Source of the DNA: an uncultured Gammaproteobacteria bacterium
GTDB taxonomy: Bacteria; Patescibacteriota; Patescibacteriia; UBA9934; CAZDDW01
Assembly: GCA_964504365.1 (NCBI GenBank)
Contig: CAZDDW010000003.1
Span: 8,031-72,030 of the forward strand
Length of the DNA: 64,000 bases
Reading direction: 5' to 3'
The position numbers were made by a program, and so were the translations under genes. Below the pieces are notes generated by a model that did not search any database, was not told the DNA's origin, and saw nothing but the letters and a program-made list of their open reading frames with translations. Each line of letters opens with the position of its first letter. Position 1 is the first letter of the stretch. Shown piece after piece: positions 50,500 to 59,473 of the stretch.

Positions 50500-51156
50500 A
50501 TGAATAACTTTTTGTTAATAGATAAACCAGCTGGGATGACTTCGCATGATGTTATTGATCAGGTACGTCAGATCACTGGCGAGCGCAGGGTTGGGCATGC
50601 TGGCACACTGGATCCATTTGCTACCGGACTCTTAATCGTAGCTGTAGGACGAGACTCGACCAAGAAGCTGAGTGAATATGTTGGTTTAGACAAAGAGTAC
50701 GAAGCAGTTTTTGTTTTGGGAATGCGCTCTGAGACTGATGATCCTGAAGGACCAGTCGCACCCAGCGAAACCGACCGAGATATCACCCGCGAAGAAATCG
50801 AAACAGCGATGCAGAAATTCATCGGTCAGATCGAACAAGTTCCACCGAAATATGCTGCGATCAAAGTTGGCGGTCGAAAGCTTTACCAAGCCGCACGTGC
50901 AGGTCAGGAGATCGAACGCAAACCCCGCTCAGTCAAGATCGACGAGTTTGAATTGCTCGATACTTCAGAAGACAATCACAAATTAACTGTACGTATCAAA
51001 TGCGGATCCGGAACATACATCCGCGCCCTTGCACGAGACCTTGGTGACGAACTAGGCGTTGGCGGATACGTTGAGCAACTTCGCAGAACCAAAATCGGAG
51101 AATACAAAATCGAAAACGCAAAAACTTTAGAGCAAATAAAAAATGGGTCCAATTAG
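50500..51156 (+). CDS. truB: tRNA pseudouridine(55) synthase, short form
   Basis: DKPAGMTSHD, GHAGTLDPFATG, GTYIRALARD. Confidence 0.96.
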   Translation: MNNFLLIDKPAGMTSHDVIDQVRQITGERRVGHAGTLDPFATGLLIVAVGRDSTKKLSEYVGLDKEYEAVFVLGMRSETDDPEGPVAPSETDRDITREEIETAMQKFIGQIEQVPPKYAAIKVGGRKLYQAARAGQEIERKPRSVKIDEFELLDTSEDNHKLTVRIKCGSGTYIRALARDLGDELGVGGYVEQLRRTKIGEYKIENAKTLEQIKNGSN

Positions 51157-51172
51157 GACCCGAGAAGTGAGA

Positions 51173-51565
51173 CTAGAATTCGTCAGGGGAGACCAAGTGC
51201 TGCAAAGAGGCATAGACCGTCTGAATTGCCCCGATCGTCTCAGGATCCTTCAAAACCTCGAAAAGCTTGTCCAAGGGAATACCTTGGCTTTTGCACAGCA
51301 TGATCAGCCTGGTCAGGCTGGAAGCTTGAGACATCATCAAGATAGAAAAACAGGACTCTCGATCTACCCCCATGCTCTCGGCGATACCGTCGAGCAAGGT
51401 CATCAGGTGGTCAGGCAGAGAAATCCAGTTCCCCTCTCGCGACAGAGAATCCTGGTAGACATTTGCCAGATATTCTTCGACCGTGATTCCACGAGCTGCG
51501 GCAGCCTCGACTGCTTGCGCGTGAAATTCATCTTCGACCTCGATTTCGATAGTGACTCGTGGCAC
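51173..51565 (-). CDS. Hypothetical protein, possible tandem ribbon-helix-helix DNA-binding protein
   Basis: Promoter plus SD; RVTIEI..AAAARGITVEEY and ISLP..IAESMGVDRE repeats. Confidence 0.65.
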   Translation of the reverse strand: MPRVTIEIEVEDEFHAQAVEAAAARGITVEEYLANVYQDSLSREGNWISLPDHLMTLLDGIAESMGVDRESCFSILMMSQASSLTRLIMLCKSQGIPLDKLFEVLKDPETIGAIQTVYASLQHLVSPDEF

Positions 51566-51717
51566 GATATATCCCTTCTGAAGGTGCTACGAGTAGTCTA
51601 TCAGCACCTCACAAACTGTCAAGAATACAAATTAGCTAAACTCCCCTACAAAACCCTCCCACCCCTTGTCAGCCTCCTCTATATATGCTAGTCTGAGCAA
51701 TGTAATTAATGAAAATT

Positions 51718-51902
51718 CTTGAAGGCTGGGAGTATACGAAAGGCACTGAACCGAGCGCACCTGGAAGAAACACCTCTATGACGTTTAAATTTTCTCTCTT
51801 AAAACTTCTGTTCGGTCAAGTTGAACCCGAACATAAGCCACAATCTAACGTCAGAGCTTAAGGACAGCGGTCCTAAATTTTTCGTAACTCAGACCTTCGG
51901 AT
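51718..51902 (+). ncRNA. ssrS: Probable 6S RNA
   Basis: ~185-nt rod with paired ends (gaagg..tacgaaa/tttcgta..ccttc), internal bubbles, apical tgttcgg/ccgaaca stem, CTGAACC and TTGAACC motifs; TTGTCA-17-TAGTCT promoter; upstream of rny. Confidence 0.7.
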
Positions 51903-51923
51903 CTGAATATTTTAATATAATAT

Positions 51924-53453
51924 ATGGAAGCTGTATTTGCCCTGATTGCCCTAGCTGCACTTGGAATCGGTGTGTTCGGTGGATACTTGATCCGCAAAAC
52001 CATTGCCAAGAGCAACATTCATACTGCTGAGTCAAAGGCTGAGCAGATGGTGCAGGAGGCCAAGACCAAACAACAGGAGGTACTTCTCAAAGCTAAGGAG
52101 AAGGCCATCGCCATTATTGACGATGCAAAGAAAGATGAGGGTGAACGTCGAGCTGAATTACAAAAAGCTCGTCAACGTTTGGAAAAACGTGAATCTTTGT
52201 TTGATAAAAAATTACTTGACCTAGAAGATCGAAAAGGAAAACTGGAAAACAAGGTTAAGAAGGTTGAAGAAATTAAAGTCAACCTGGAGCAGGTCAAGGA
52301 AAGCCAGATGGCTAAGCTGCAAGAGATTGCTGGCATGGACCAGGAGACAGCTAGCAAGCGCTTGTTTGAAATGGTTGAAGAAGAGCAGCAAGATGCGCTG
52401 ATGAGTCGAGTGCGTAAAATGGAACAAGCCACTGAAGAAGAGTTGGAACGCGAAAGCCGAAAGCTCTTGTCTTTGGCGATTACTCGTTATGCAAGTTCAC
52501 AAGCAACTGACACAACCACCACTCAGGTTGACCTCCCTTCTGATGAGATGAAGGGGCGAATCATCGGAAAAGAAGGTCGTAACATTAAGGCCTTAGAGCA
52601 ACTGACTGGTTGTGAGATTATTGTTGATGACACTCCAGAGATGATCACTATTAGTGGTTTCTCTCCAATCCGTCGACAAGTTGCTAAACGCGCATTAGAT
52701 ATTTTGATCAAAGACGGACGCATTCATCCAGCACGTATTGAAGATTCAGTACAAGAGGCTAAGAAAAGTCTGGCTCTGGAGATTAGAAAAGCTGGAGAAG
52801 AGGCGTTGTATCAGTTGGGTCTTCCTGTTTCTTCGATCGATCCAAAGCTTGTTTCAATCTTAGGACGCCTACGCTTCCGATCTAGTTACGGACAAAACGT
52901 TCTTCAACACTCAATCGAAGTGGCTCAACTTTCTGCCTCAATGGCCGAGGAGCTTGGGGCTGACGTGGCTGTATGTCGAAAAGGTGGCCTGTTCCATGAT
53001 ATTGGAAAAGCTGTTGACCATGATATGCAGGGCGCCCACCCAGAGATCGGTTACAACATCATGAAAAAATTCAAGTTTGCTGAAGAGGTCTGTTATCAGT
53101 CTATTGCTCACCACGAGGATAAGCCAAAAACAATCGAAGGAGCAATTATTAAAGCTGCTGATGGAATCAGTGGTGCACGACCTGGTGCACGTAAGCAAAC
53201 CCTGGAACAATTCTTGCAGCGTATGGAAGAACTTGAGGACACAGCATCAAACTTCCCTGGTGTAGAAAAAGCTTATGCTATTCAGGCTGGACGTGAAGTG
53301 CGCGTGTTTGTGCAACCGCAAGAGATTGATGACTTCAATGCTTACAAAATGGCTAAGGACATTGCACAGAAAATTGAAAGCGAATTGCAGTATCCAGGAG
53401 AGGTCAAAGTTACTTTGATCCGTGAAACTCGAGTTATCGAGTACGCGCGGTAG
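51924..53453 (+). CDS. rny: Ribonuclease Y
   Basis: N-terminal TM, coiled coil, KH motif KGRIIGKEGRN, HD motif FHDIGK. Confidence 0.97.
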   Translation: MEAVFALIALAALGIGVFGGYLIRKTIAKSNIHTAESKAEQMVQEAKTKQQEVLLKAKEKAIAIIDDAKKDEGERRAELQKARQRLEKRESLFDKKLLDLEDRKGKLENKVKKVEEIKVNLEQVKESQMAKLQEIAGMDQETASKRLFEMVEEEQQDALMSRVRKMEQATEEELERESRKLLSLAITRYASSQATDTTTTQVDLPSDEMKGRIIGKEGRNIKALEQLTGCEIIVDDTPEMITISGFSPIRRQVAKRALDILIKDGRIHPARIEDSVQEAKKSLALEIRKAGEEALYQLGLPVSSIDPKLVSILGRLRFRSSYGQNVLQHSIEVAQLSASMAEELGADVAVCRKGGLFHDIGKAVDHDMQGAHPEIGYNIMKKFKFAEEVCYQSIAHHEDKPKTIEGAIIKAADGISGARPGARKQTLEQFLQRMEELEDTASNFPGVEKAYAIQAGREVRVFVQPQEIDDFNAYKMAKDIAQKIESELQYPGEVKVTLIRETRVIEYAR

Positions 53454-53459
53454 TTTTAA

Positions 53460-53527
53460 GGTAGAGAGTAGAAGGTAGAAAGTAGAAAGAATCAGTCTCT
53501 CTCTACTATCTACTCTCTACTTTCTAC
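53460..53527. repeat. Heptamer-periodic hairpin (gtagaaa/tttctac)
   Basis: gtagaga-gtagaag-gtagaaa-gtagaaa followed by complementary units. Confidence 0.85.
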
Positions 53528-53533
53528 ATATTT

Positions 53534-54337
53534 ATGGAATCCACAATACTTATCTTCGGTGACGTCATTGGACGTATTGGTCGGGAAGCCCTTGCAAAGG
53601 CGCTTCCCGATTTGCGTTCTCAATACCAACCAGACCTGGTCCTAGCCAACGGCGAAAACCTGGCTCATGGTTTTGGAATCACTCCAAAGACCGTTCGCTT
53701 CATGTTGAATGCTGGAGTCGACGTGCTCACCAGCGGAAACCATATCTGGGCCAACCCGGCTTACAAGGATGTCTTTTCTGATCCAGAACTAAACCGCCGC
53801 GTAGTTCGTCCGCTGAACGATCCACACACCGAGGGTATCGGATATACAATTCATGAAAACGATCACGGCCGCTTTTTGATCATCTGCCTAAACGGCCGCG
53901 TCTTTATCGACGAATCCTATGGCATATTTTTCGATCCAATCGACCGCGTTCTCACAGATCTAAAAGACGAACACTTTGACGCTGTGCTGGTTGACTTCCA
54001 TGCCGAAGCCACTTCAGAAAAAAACGTGCTTGGTTTGTATCTAGACGGCCGCGTCTCTTGCCTTTACGGAACCCACACTCATGTACCAACTGCTGACGAG
54101 CGAGTCCTGCCCAAAGGCACAGCTTACATCTCCGATGTTGGAATGGTTGGTGCTCACAACCAAGCCTTGGGTGGTGAATACGAACCGATTCTGGAAGGAA
54201 TGAAGCAGGGCGGACTGGGCAAATACCATGTTCCAGAATCCGACCCAGTGGAAATCAATGCTGTCTTGGTCAAGACAAAAGACGGTCAAGCCACCTCAAT
54301 CGAACGGATTCAAAAAATACTTGCCAAGTTTCCATAA
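53534..54337 (+). CDS. ymdB: YmdB-family metallophosphoesterase
   Basis: FGDVIG, NGEN, TSGNH, DFHAEATSEK, GTHTHV. Confidence 0.93.
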   Translation: MESTILIFGDVIGRIGREALAKALPDLRSQYQPDLVLANGENLAHGFGITPKTVRFMLNAGVDVLTSGNHIWANPAYKDVFSDPELNRRVVRPLNDPHTEGIGYTIHENDHGRFLIICLNGRVFIDESYGIFFDPIDRVLTDLKDEHFDAVLVDFHAEATSEKNVLGLYLDGRVSCLYGTHTHVPTADERVLPKGTAYISDVGMVGAHNQALGGEYEPILEGMKQGGLGKYHVPESDPVEINAVLVKTKDGQATSIERIQKILAKFP

Positions 54338-54388
54338 TTCCGCTATACTGACACGTGAATTCATAAACAAACTTTTAAAACCAAGCAT

Positions 54389-54682
54389 ATGAACAAAGCA
54401 GAACTTGCAGCACGTGTTGCCGACCGAGTCGGTGTTTCTAAAAAACAAGGTGAGGAATTTGTTATAGCCTTCCAAGAAATTGTAACCAAAACTTTGGTCG
54501 AGGGCGGTGAGGTAACCATTGCCGGATTCGGTACATTCTCAGCTCGAACTCGTAAAGGCCGTATCGGTGTGAACCCACAGAATCCAACAGAAAAGATCCA
54601 GATTCCACCAGTAGTTGTTCCAAAATTCAAAGCTGGAAAAGCATTAAAGGATTCATTGAAAGGAAAGCGAGAAGTACACTAG
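54389..54682 (+). CDS. hup: HU family DNA-binding protein
   Basis: MNKAEL, GFGTF, NPQ, FKAGKALKD. Confidence 0.93.
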   Translation: MNKAELAARVADRVGVSKKQGEEFVIAFQEIVTKTLVEGGEVTIAGFGTFSARTRKGRIGVNPQNPTEKIQIPPVVVPKFKAGKALKDSLKGKREVH

Positions 54683-54689
54683 GAAATAA

Positions 54690-54722
54690 TAAAAAGCGGA
54701 AGCATTTGCTCCCGCTTTTTTG
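54690..54722. terminator. Bidirectional terminator
   Basis: aaaaagcgg...ccgcttttttt. Confidence 0.75.
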
Positions 54723-54729
54723 ATTCTAA

Positions 54730-55275
54730 CTAATCCAGTTCCCGCAGCGTTTCCATTATTTCCTCCCAATACACTTCTTGATTAACAAATGGTGAGAAAA
54801 TAATTAATCCATCTTCACGCTCTTGAATGTAATTTGTTTTAGTTACCTCACCCATTGCTGTTGTATTCTCTAATGCAGTCAAAATAATACCACCTTGGTT
54901 GATCTGCTCTTCTAGAACAATCTGCCCAGTTCCCTCAACACCACCATACCCACTAGCTGTGACTTCTTTAAACTGATCCAAAGTCATCCCTTGAGCAAAG
55001 AAAGCGTACATGAGTTGTTCTGCGCTCTCAGCTACAGTAGGATCATAAATTGAGAACAGCAAGCGCATCTCTGCACTCAGATAATAGATGTTGTCGTCGG
55101 CTTCTTTGTTGTTGAATGTATACTTGCCTGGATATTGGAAAGCAAAATTAAATTCTTCACTTTCAAAAATTTCCCAAGTCGGCTGAACAGTTGGCAGGTT
55201 CTTTTTTGGACCACCACAACCAAGTCCAGTAGTGACAAGCAAGGTTAATACTAATACTGAAAGTATATAGCGCAT
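54730..55275 (-). CDS. Putative lipoprotein (PsbP-like N-terminal motif)
   Basis: Signal peptide ending GLGC; W..F......F.FQYP. Confidence 0.75.
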   Translation of the reverse strand: MRYILSVLVLTLLVTTGLGCGGPKKNLPTVQPTWEIFESEEFNFAFQYPGKYTFNNKEADDNIYYLSAEMRLLFSIYDPTVAESAEQLMYAFFAQGMTLDQFKEVTASGYGGVEGTGQIVLEEQINQGGIILTALENTTAMGEVTKTNYIQEREDGLIIFSPFVNQEVYWEEIMETLRELD

Positions 55276-55276
55276 A

Positions 55277-56551
55277 CTATTTCTTGTTTACAAAACTTTT
55301 TACTTCTTTAACGATCTGGTCGATCTTAACTAAACTGAATTCTTTGTTGGTTCGTTCTTTCCACTCAACAGAATCCTCAGCCAAGGTCTTTTCTGATACA
55401 ACTAAACGCAATGGAATTCCGATCAAGTCAGCATCACCAAATTTCTCACCAGGTGACATGCCTTCACGATCATCCCACAATACTTCGATTCCAGATTTTT
55501 CTAGATCATTATGTAAAGCAGACGCAACATCGTTGATTCGTGATACAACGGCCTCGTCTTTAGAACTCAGAGAAATAATCTCAACTGCATATGGAGCAAT
55601 CGACTTTGGCCAGATCATTCCTCGATCATCATGCGATACCTCAACCACAGCACCCATTACACGTGAAGGGCCGATTCCGTAAGAACCCATAACAATCTGT
55701 TGACTCTCCCCTTTTTCATCCTTCATGCTCATCTTGTTAGCGTCTGTGAACTTGGTTCCTAGCGGGAAAATATTTCCAACCTCGATTGACTTCATCTCTT
55801 CTACTTTACCACCACAATCCTTTGGACAAGCATCGCCATCTTTACCATCAAAGATCTCCTTGTTCCAAGCGTAGTCACAGCCTTCACAGAAGTAAATTGT
55901 GTCCTCACCAGATTCTGTTGGGGTTTGGAACTCATGCGAGTCCTTTGAAAAGTCGCCACCTGAAGCTTCGGTGTAAATGGCCCGGATTCCAATGCGATCA
56001 AAAACTTTTCGATAAGCATCAGCGGATTTCAAATAAAACTCAGCACGATCTTCTTCTGACAAATGAAAACTGTAAAAGTCCTTCATTGAGAACTCGCGTC
56101 CACGCAACAACCCAGACTTAGCCCGAGCCTCGTTGCGGAACTTGTCCTGAACCTGATACAAGAAGACTGGAAAGTCCTTATACGAATTCACGTACTGTTT
56201 AACCAGCGGCGTAATCACGTCCTCATGAGTCAAACCAAGACAATAGTCCTTGTCACCATGACCTTTCAGTTTGAACATGACGTCGATAGTATCCCAGCGA
56301 CCAGTTGTGGTCCAAGGTTCTTTTGGTTGAAGTGCTGGCAAATAAACCTCTTGTCCACCAATGGCTTCCATTTCCTCGCGAACAATATCTTGAATCTTTT
56401 TCAAGACCCGCAAACCAAGCGGCAGGTACGAGAAAATCCCAGCAGCGAGTTGATTTATAAATCCAGCCTGAAGCAAGAGCTGAGCATTGGCTGAATCAGC
56501 ATCAGCCGGCTTCATCTTATTGGTCTTACCAAATAGTTTTGAATATTTCAT
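55277..56551 (-). CDS. proS: Proline--tRNA ligase, short form without INS editing domain
   Basis: KFRNEAR..GLLRGREFSMKD, IEVGNIF, MGSYGIG. Confidence 0.95.
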   Translation of the reverse strand: MKYSKLFGKTNKMKPADADSANAQLLLQAGFINQLAAGIFSYLPLGLRVLKKIQDIVREEMEAIGGQEVYLPALQPKEPWTTTGRWDTIDVMFKLKGHGDKDYCLGLTHEDVITPLVKQYVNSYKDFPVFLYQVQDKFRNEARAKSGLLRGREFSMKDFYSFHLSEEDRAEFYLKSADAYRKVFDRIGIRAIYTEASGGDFSKDSHEFQTPTESGEDTIYFCEGCDYAWNKEIFDGKDGDACPKDCGGKVEEMKSIEVGNIFPLGTKFTDANKMSMKDEKGESQQIVMGSYGIGPSRVMGAVVEVSHDDRGMIWPKSIAPYAVEIISLSSKDEAVVSRINDVASALHNDLEKSGIEVLWDDREGMSPGEKFGDADLIGIPLRLVVSEKTLAEDSVEWKERTNKEFSLVKIDQIVKEVKSFVNKK

Positions 56552-56642
56552 ACGCCGCTTATGGTACCAAGATAGGCTAATTTATTCAAGGCTTGACCTT
56601 GCGCTGTCCATGTGCTTAAATAGCCGCACAAGGGAGAACATC

Positions 56643-56936
56643 ATGTTCCAAAAACTCGCAAAAAATACCTGGTTGCTCCTGCTGGCCATTGCTGGACTGG
56701 CAACTATCCTCGTCATCAAGATCGAAAATCCTTTCGTGTTGGCGATAGGCTCTTATTACCTGTTCTATGGCGTGATCCATTTGATGGGCAAGACCTTGCC
56801 CCTGTTCACTGACAAACACCGCAGATCGAAAGCTGCTCCGATCAAGCTTGTCGCCAGCCCGCTCGCAACGCTTTTCCTGTTCGCTACCGGAGCTTGCCTG
56901 ATCTACTTCTACCACTTCCCACTCTCGGCTTCGTAG
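56643..56936 (+). CDS. Small hypothetical membrane protein (about 3 TM)
   Basis: AAGGGAG SD; hydrophobic segments; downstream terminator. Confidence 0.7.
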   Translation: MFQKLAKNTWLLLLAIAGLATILVIKIENPFVLAIGSYYLFYGVIHLMGKTLPLFTDKHRRSKAAPIKLVASPLATLFLFATGACLIYFYHFPLSAS

Positions 56937-57045
56937 CCACCTCGCGCCTCACTGGCGCTTTTTTTGTTGGCTAAACAGACCGCCGACCAATAAAAAACCG
57001 GCCCTGGAAAGGGTCGGTGCTGTGTGAAGTAAGGAACGATGGTAA

Positions 57046-57711
57046 CTACTCAGAGTCGCTTTTCTGGGCCTGTCTCATCATGTACATGGCCAAGCCCTCA
57101 CGTTCGAAGGCCTGCAGGATCTTCTCAGCGTGGTCTAGAGCTGTACGTCGTTTGTCGACCCACATCCTAACCAGACAGAAAACCTGGTACGCAATCTGTT
57201 GCCCGTCTTCCTCGGTCTTGGCACAGATCTCAGACAACGGAGTCTCTTTGACAGTCACCTTGACCGCACGGTCATAGCCATGATCACACACGAAGTCGAC
57301 TCTGACCAAGACCCAGCGAGCCGTCCGCGTCAGCCCCCAAAAATGATGACACCCTGTCTCCTGGTCATCAGCGATAACCGTACCTAGGTTGCGGCTCCGT
57401 GACACAAAGAGGCCCTTGCTCTTCAGGCTCGAGACTCCATCAACCGAAGACACCAACTCGGGCTCATCATCCTCAATCTTGTGCTGGGACGAAGAGCTTC
57501 CGCCCCCCTTCTCGCCTTTGAGACACCTGACACCGCCCAGGCTCCAGAGCTTGATGTTTCTCTCCAGGTCTGGAGCAAGGACCCTGGCTCTTGCCTCCAG
57601 GATGACGGCCCAGTCCTCCTCGGTTACAGGTTCACGACGGGCCAGCTGTCTTTGTCCAACTGACAATGCTTCCAAATACTCCTCATAGGAGTCGAATCCT
57701 GGCACGGGCAT
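57046..57711 (-). CDS. Hypothetical protein
   Basis: AAAGGAGG SD before MPVPG; terminator at about 56990-57017. Confidence 0.75.
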   Translation of the reverse strand: MPVPGFDSYEEYLEALSVGQRQLARREPVTEEDWAVILEARARVLAPDLERNIKLWSLGGVRCLKGEKGGGSSSSQHKIEDDEPELVSSVDGVSSLKSKGLFVSRSRNLGTVIADDQETGCHHFWGLTRTARWVLVRVDFVCDHGYDRAVKVTVKETPLSEICAKTEEDGQQIAYQVFCLVRMWVDKRRTALDHAEKILQAFEREGLAMYMMRQAQKSDSE

Positions 57712-57863
57712 ACCCGGCCTCCTTTCGTCACCCAAAGGGCAAACCCAATGGTGATATTAACTTACTACAATATATAAATCCCATCAAATGTATCATCAGC
57801 ACCTGGTGCAACTCGGCGCTTTTTTCTTTGTCTGATTTCATGCTATGCTAAATACAAGGAGGA

Positions 57864-58337
57864 TTAATGGGAGAGAAATCGAATCTTTGGACAGAATTCA
57901 AGGAATGGCTTGGAGGAGACGCTTTGTTCTTTCTCCGCCTCGCCTTCATCGTTCTTTGCCTCTGGGCCCTCGTACCGTTCGTCTTCGCATTCTTGGAAAC
58001 ACTCTTTGGCGGAAGCACTTCGCAATCCTGAGACAATTCCTTCCGCCTTGCGCCACCTGGCGCTTTTTTTGTTGGCCGAATAGACCGCTGACCAACAACC
58101 CGCCCGAAGCTTTAGCGAAGGCGGGTCATTCAATAAAAAATCGGCCAGGACGACCGATGTGTCTGTGTCGGGCAATCCGACAAACAAGGCAGATGAGATC
58201 AGGAATGTCATGAGAAAGAACAGGAGCAGGACCAGACAAAGAACAACAGCCCAAGCAGACTTTCTGGTCACAGCAAGTGCAGTAAACAATCCGGACAGGA
58301 AAGAGCTAGCCGCAATCATTAGAAACAAGATCATCAT
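57864..58337 (-). CDS. Small 2-TM protein; frame runs through a terminator and REP, so the 3' end is doubtful
   Basis: GGAGG SD; first ~55 codons hydrophobic. Confidence 0.4.
   Translation of the reverse strand: MMILFLMIAASSFLSGLFTALAVTRKSAWAVVLCLVLLLFFLMTFLISSALFVGLPDTDTSVVLADFLLNDPPSLKLRAGCWSAVYSANKKSARWRKAEGIVSGLRSASAKECFQECEDERYEGPEAKNDEGEAEKEQSVSSKPFLEFCPKIRFLSH
57867..58031 (+). CDS. 54-aa single-TM peptide, not in ORF track
   Basis: AAGGAGG-ATTA-ATG; MGEKSNLWTEFKEWLGGDALFFLRLAFIVLCLWALVPFVFAFLETLFGGSTSQS*. Confidence 0.7.
   Translation: MGEKSNLWTEFKEWLGGDALFFLRLAFIVLCLWALVPFVFAFLETLFGGSTSQS
58098..58126. repeat. REP-like palindrome
   Basis: acccgcc-cgaagctttagcgaa-ggcgggt. Confidence 0.75.
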
Positions 58338-58433
58338 TTCCTCCAAAACCAACCTTACACCAACCCGCTAGAAAAGAAAAATCCCTCGTTGCCGAGGGGC
58401 GATGAGGGACAGGTCCAATCAAGGGCGATCGGA

Positions 58434-58637
58434 CTAGATGGGCTTGTACTGCCAGCCCTGCCGTTCGCAGAACTCGGCCACCGAGACAGAGCCCTCGCGG
58501 AGTCGTTGGTGCAGTTCGTCGGCCTCGTCAGCCGGGATCACGGGCGGGCGAGTCGGATTGCCCTGGTCGTCGAAGAAACGGATCGGATGTGTGCGTGCGT
58601 TGGATGCTGGACCGGCTTCCCAGTCGGGTTTGGCCAT
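58434..58637 (-). CDS. Small hypothetical protein
   Basis: AGGAGGTG SD; high GC3; hairpin downstream. Confidence 0.65.
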   Translation of the reverse strand: MAKPDWEAGPASNARTHPIRFFDDQGNPTRPPVIPADEADELHQRLREGSVSVAEFCERQGWQYKPI

Positions 58638-58717
58638 ACTCACCTCCTAATTAGACCATATCATTATTTTACCAAAAATAAAAATCCGACCAGGTGGTCG
58701 GAATGAGTACGTGCGGT

Positions 58718-59149
58718 CTAGGCGCTTGCAGGTACGGCAGCGGGTGGGACCAGGCGGAAGATGCGTGCAGCGAAGATCGAGCAACTGTGAGCAAAGACCC
58801 TTGCTACACCACTCTTCTGGCTGACCGCGACCAGTGGGCTACCTGCCCTATAGCTGATCCAGGGTCCGGGCTTCATCATCTTCGCCGGAATCTCGTGCTC
58901 GGCACCTTCGGCGTAGGCGGGCAGGAGCTGATCATCTTGCTCGGCCATCCTGCGTACGAGCACGGTTCGCCAGGAACGATCGTCAGACCACACCTGGAGC
59001 TGCTCACCGATCGTTCCCTCTCGCGGGAATTCGATGCTGTCCGTCTGGACTGGAGCTTCTCCGGTTCGATCCTCGAAATATCGTCTGTCGTTTTCGCGTT
59101 CTCCCGTGTCTCCCATGAGAACGAACACTCCGACCGGCTGACTACTCAT
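58718..59149 (-). CDS. Hypothetical protein
   Basis: TTGACA promoter, AAGGAGG SD, terminator at 58678-58703. Confidence 0.65.
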   Translation of the reverse strand: MSSQPVGVFVLMGDTGERENDRRYFEDRTGEAPVQTDSIEFPREGTIGEQLQVWSDDRSWRTVLVRRMAEQDDQLLPAYAEGAEHEIPAKMMKPGPWISYRAGSPLVAVSQKSGVARVFAHSCSIFAARIFRLVPPAAVPASA

Positions 59150-59273
59150 GAGGCCTCCTTGCTGTCGTAGCTCACGACTAAAAGATCTTGCCACAAAAAC
59201 CTGATACTGTCAATTCCTGGTATTTCAGGTTGACATTTATCAAGAAATATAGTATATTTGCGACCACAAGTAT

Positions 59274-59350
59274 GCCCCGTTAGCTCAGCCCGGTAGAGCA
59301 GTTGGCTCTTAACCAAACGGTCGCAGGTTCGAGTCCTGCACGGGGCACCA
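59274..59350 (+). tRNA. tRNA-Lys(CTT)
   Basis: Cloverleaf with GCCCCGT/ACGGGGC acceptor stem, anticodon loop CT-CTT-AA, TTCGA, encoded CCA; TTGACA-17-TAGTAT promoter. Confidence 0.96.
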
Positions 59351-59449
59351 GCCGTCGCTTCATCAGATCATTTATTGATGGCGCGACGGCTGCCCTTCGA
59401 AGCCTCGGCGAAGAAGGGCCGTGAATAAGATTGTGATGAAGCTATGGCT
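59350..59449. repeat. Nested palindromic (REPIN-like) spacer between the tRNAs
   Basis: agccgtcgcttcatca/tgatgaagctatggct arms enclosing REP gcccttcgaagcctcggcgaagaagggc. Confidence 0.65.
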
Positions 59450-59473
59450 GGCAGGCCATGCTAATCACAGTAT

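Noticed and set aside
51143-51691. 182-aa plus-strand ORF
   Set aside because: The opposite-strand ORF 51173..51565 has the promoter and SD.
51821-52030. Cys-rich 69-aa ORF
   Set aside because: Out-of-frame overlap with the 6S candidate and the rny start.
57845-58213. 122-aa ORF
   Set aside because: Crosses a terminator and a REP (PEALAKAG is REP-derived); the SD supports the 54-aa frame at 57867 instead.
59177-59188. AGATCTTTTAGT as another boxA-like site
   Set aside because: Overlaps the predicted -10 element, so it is probably not fully transcribed.
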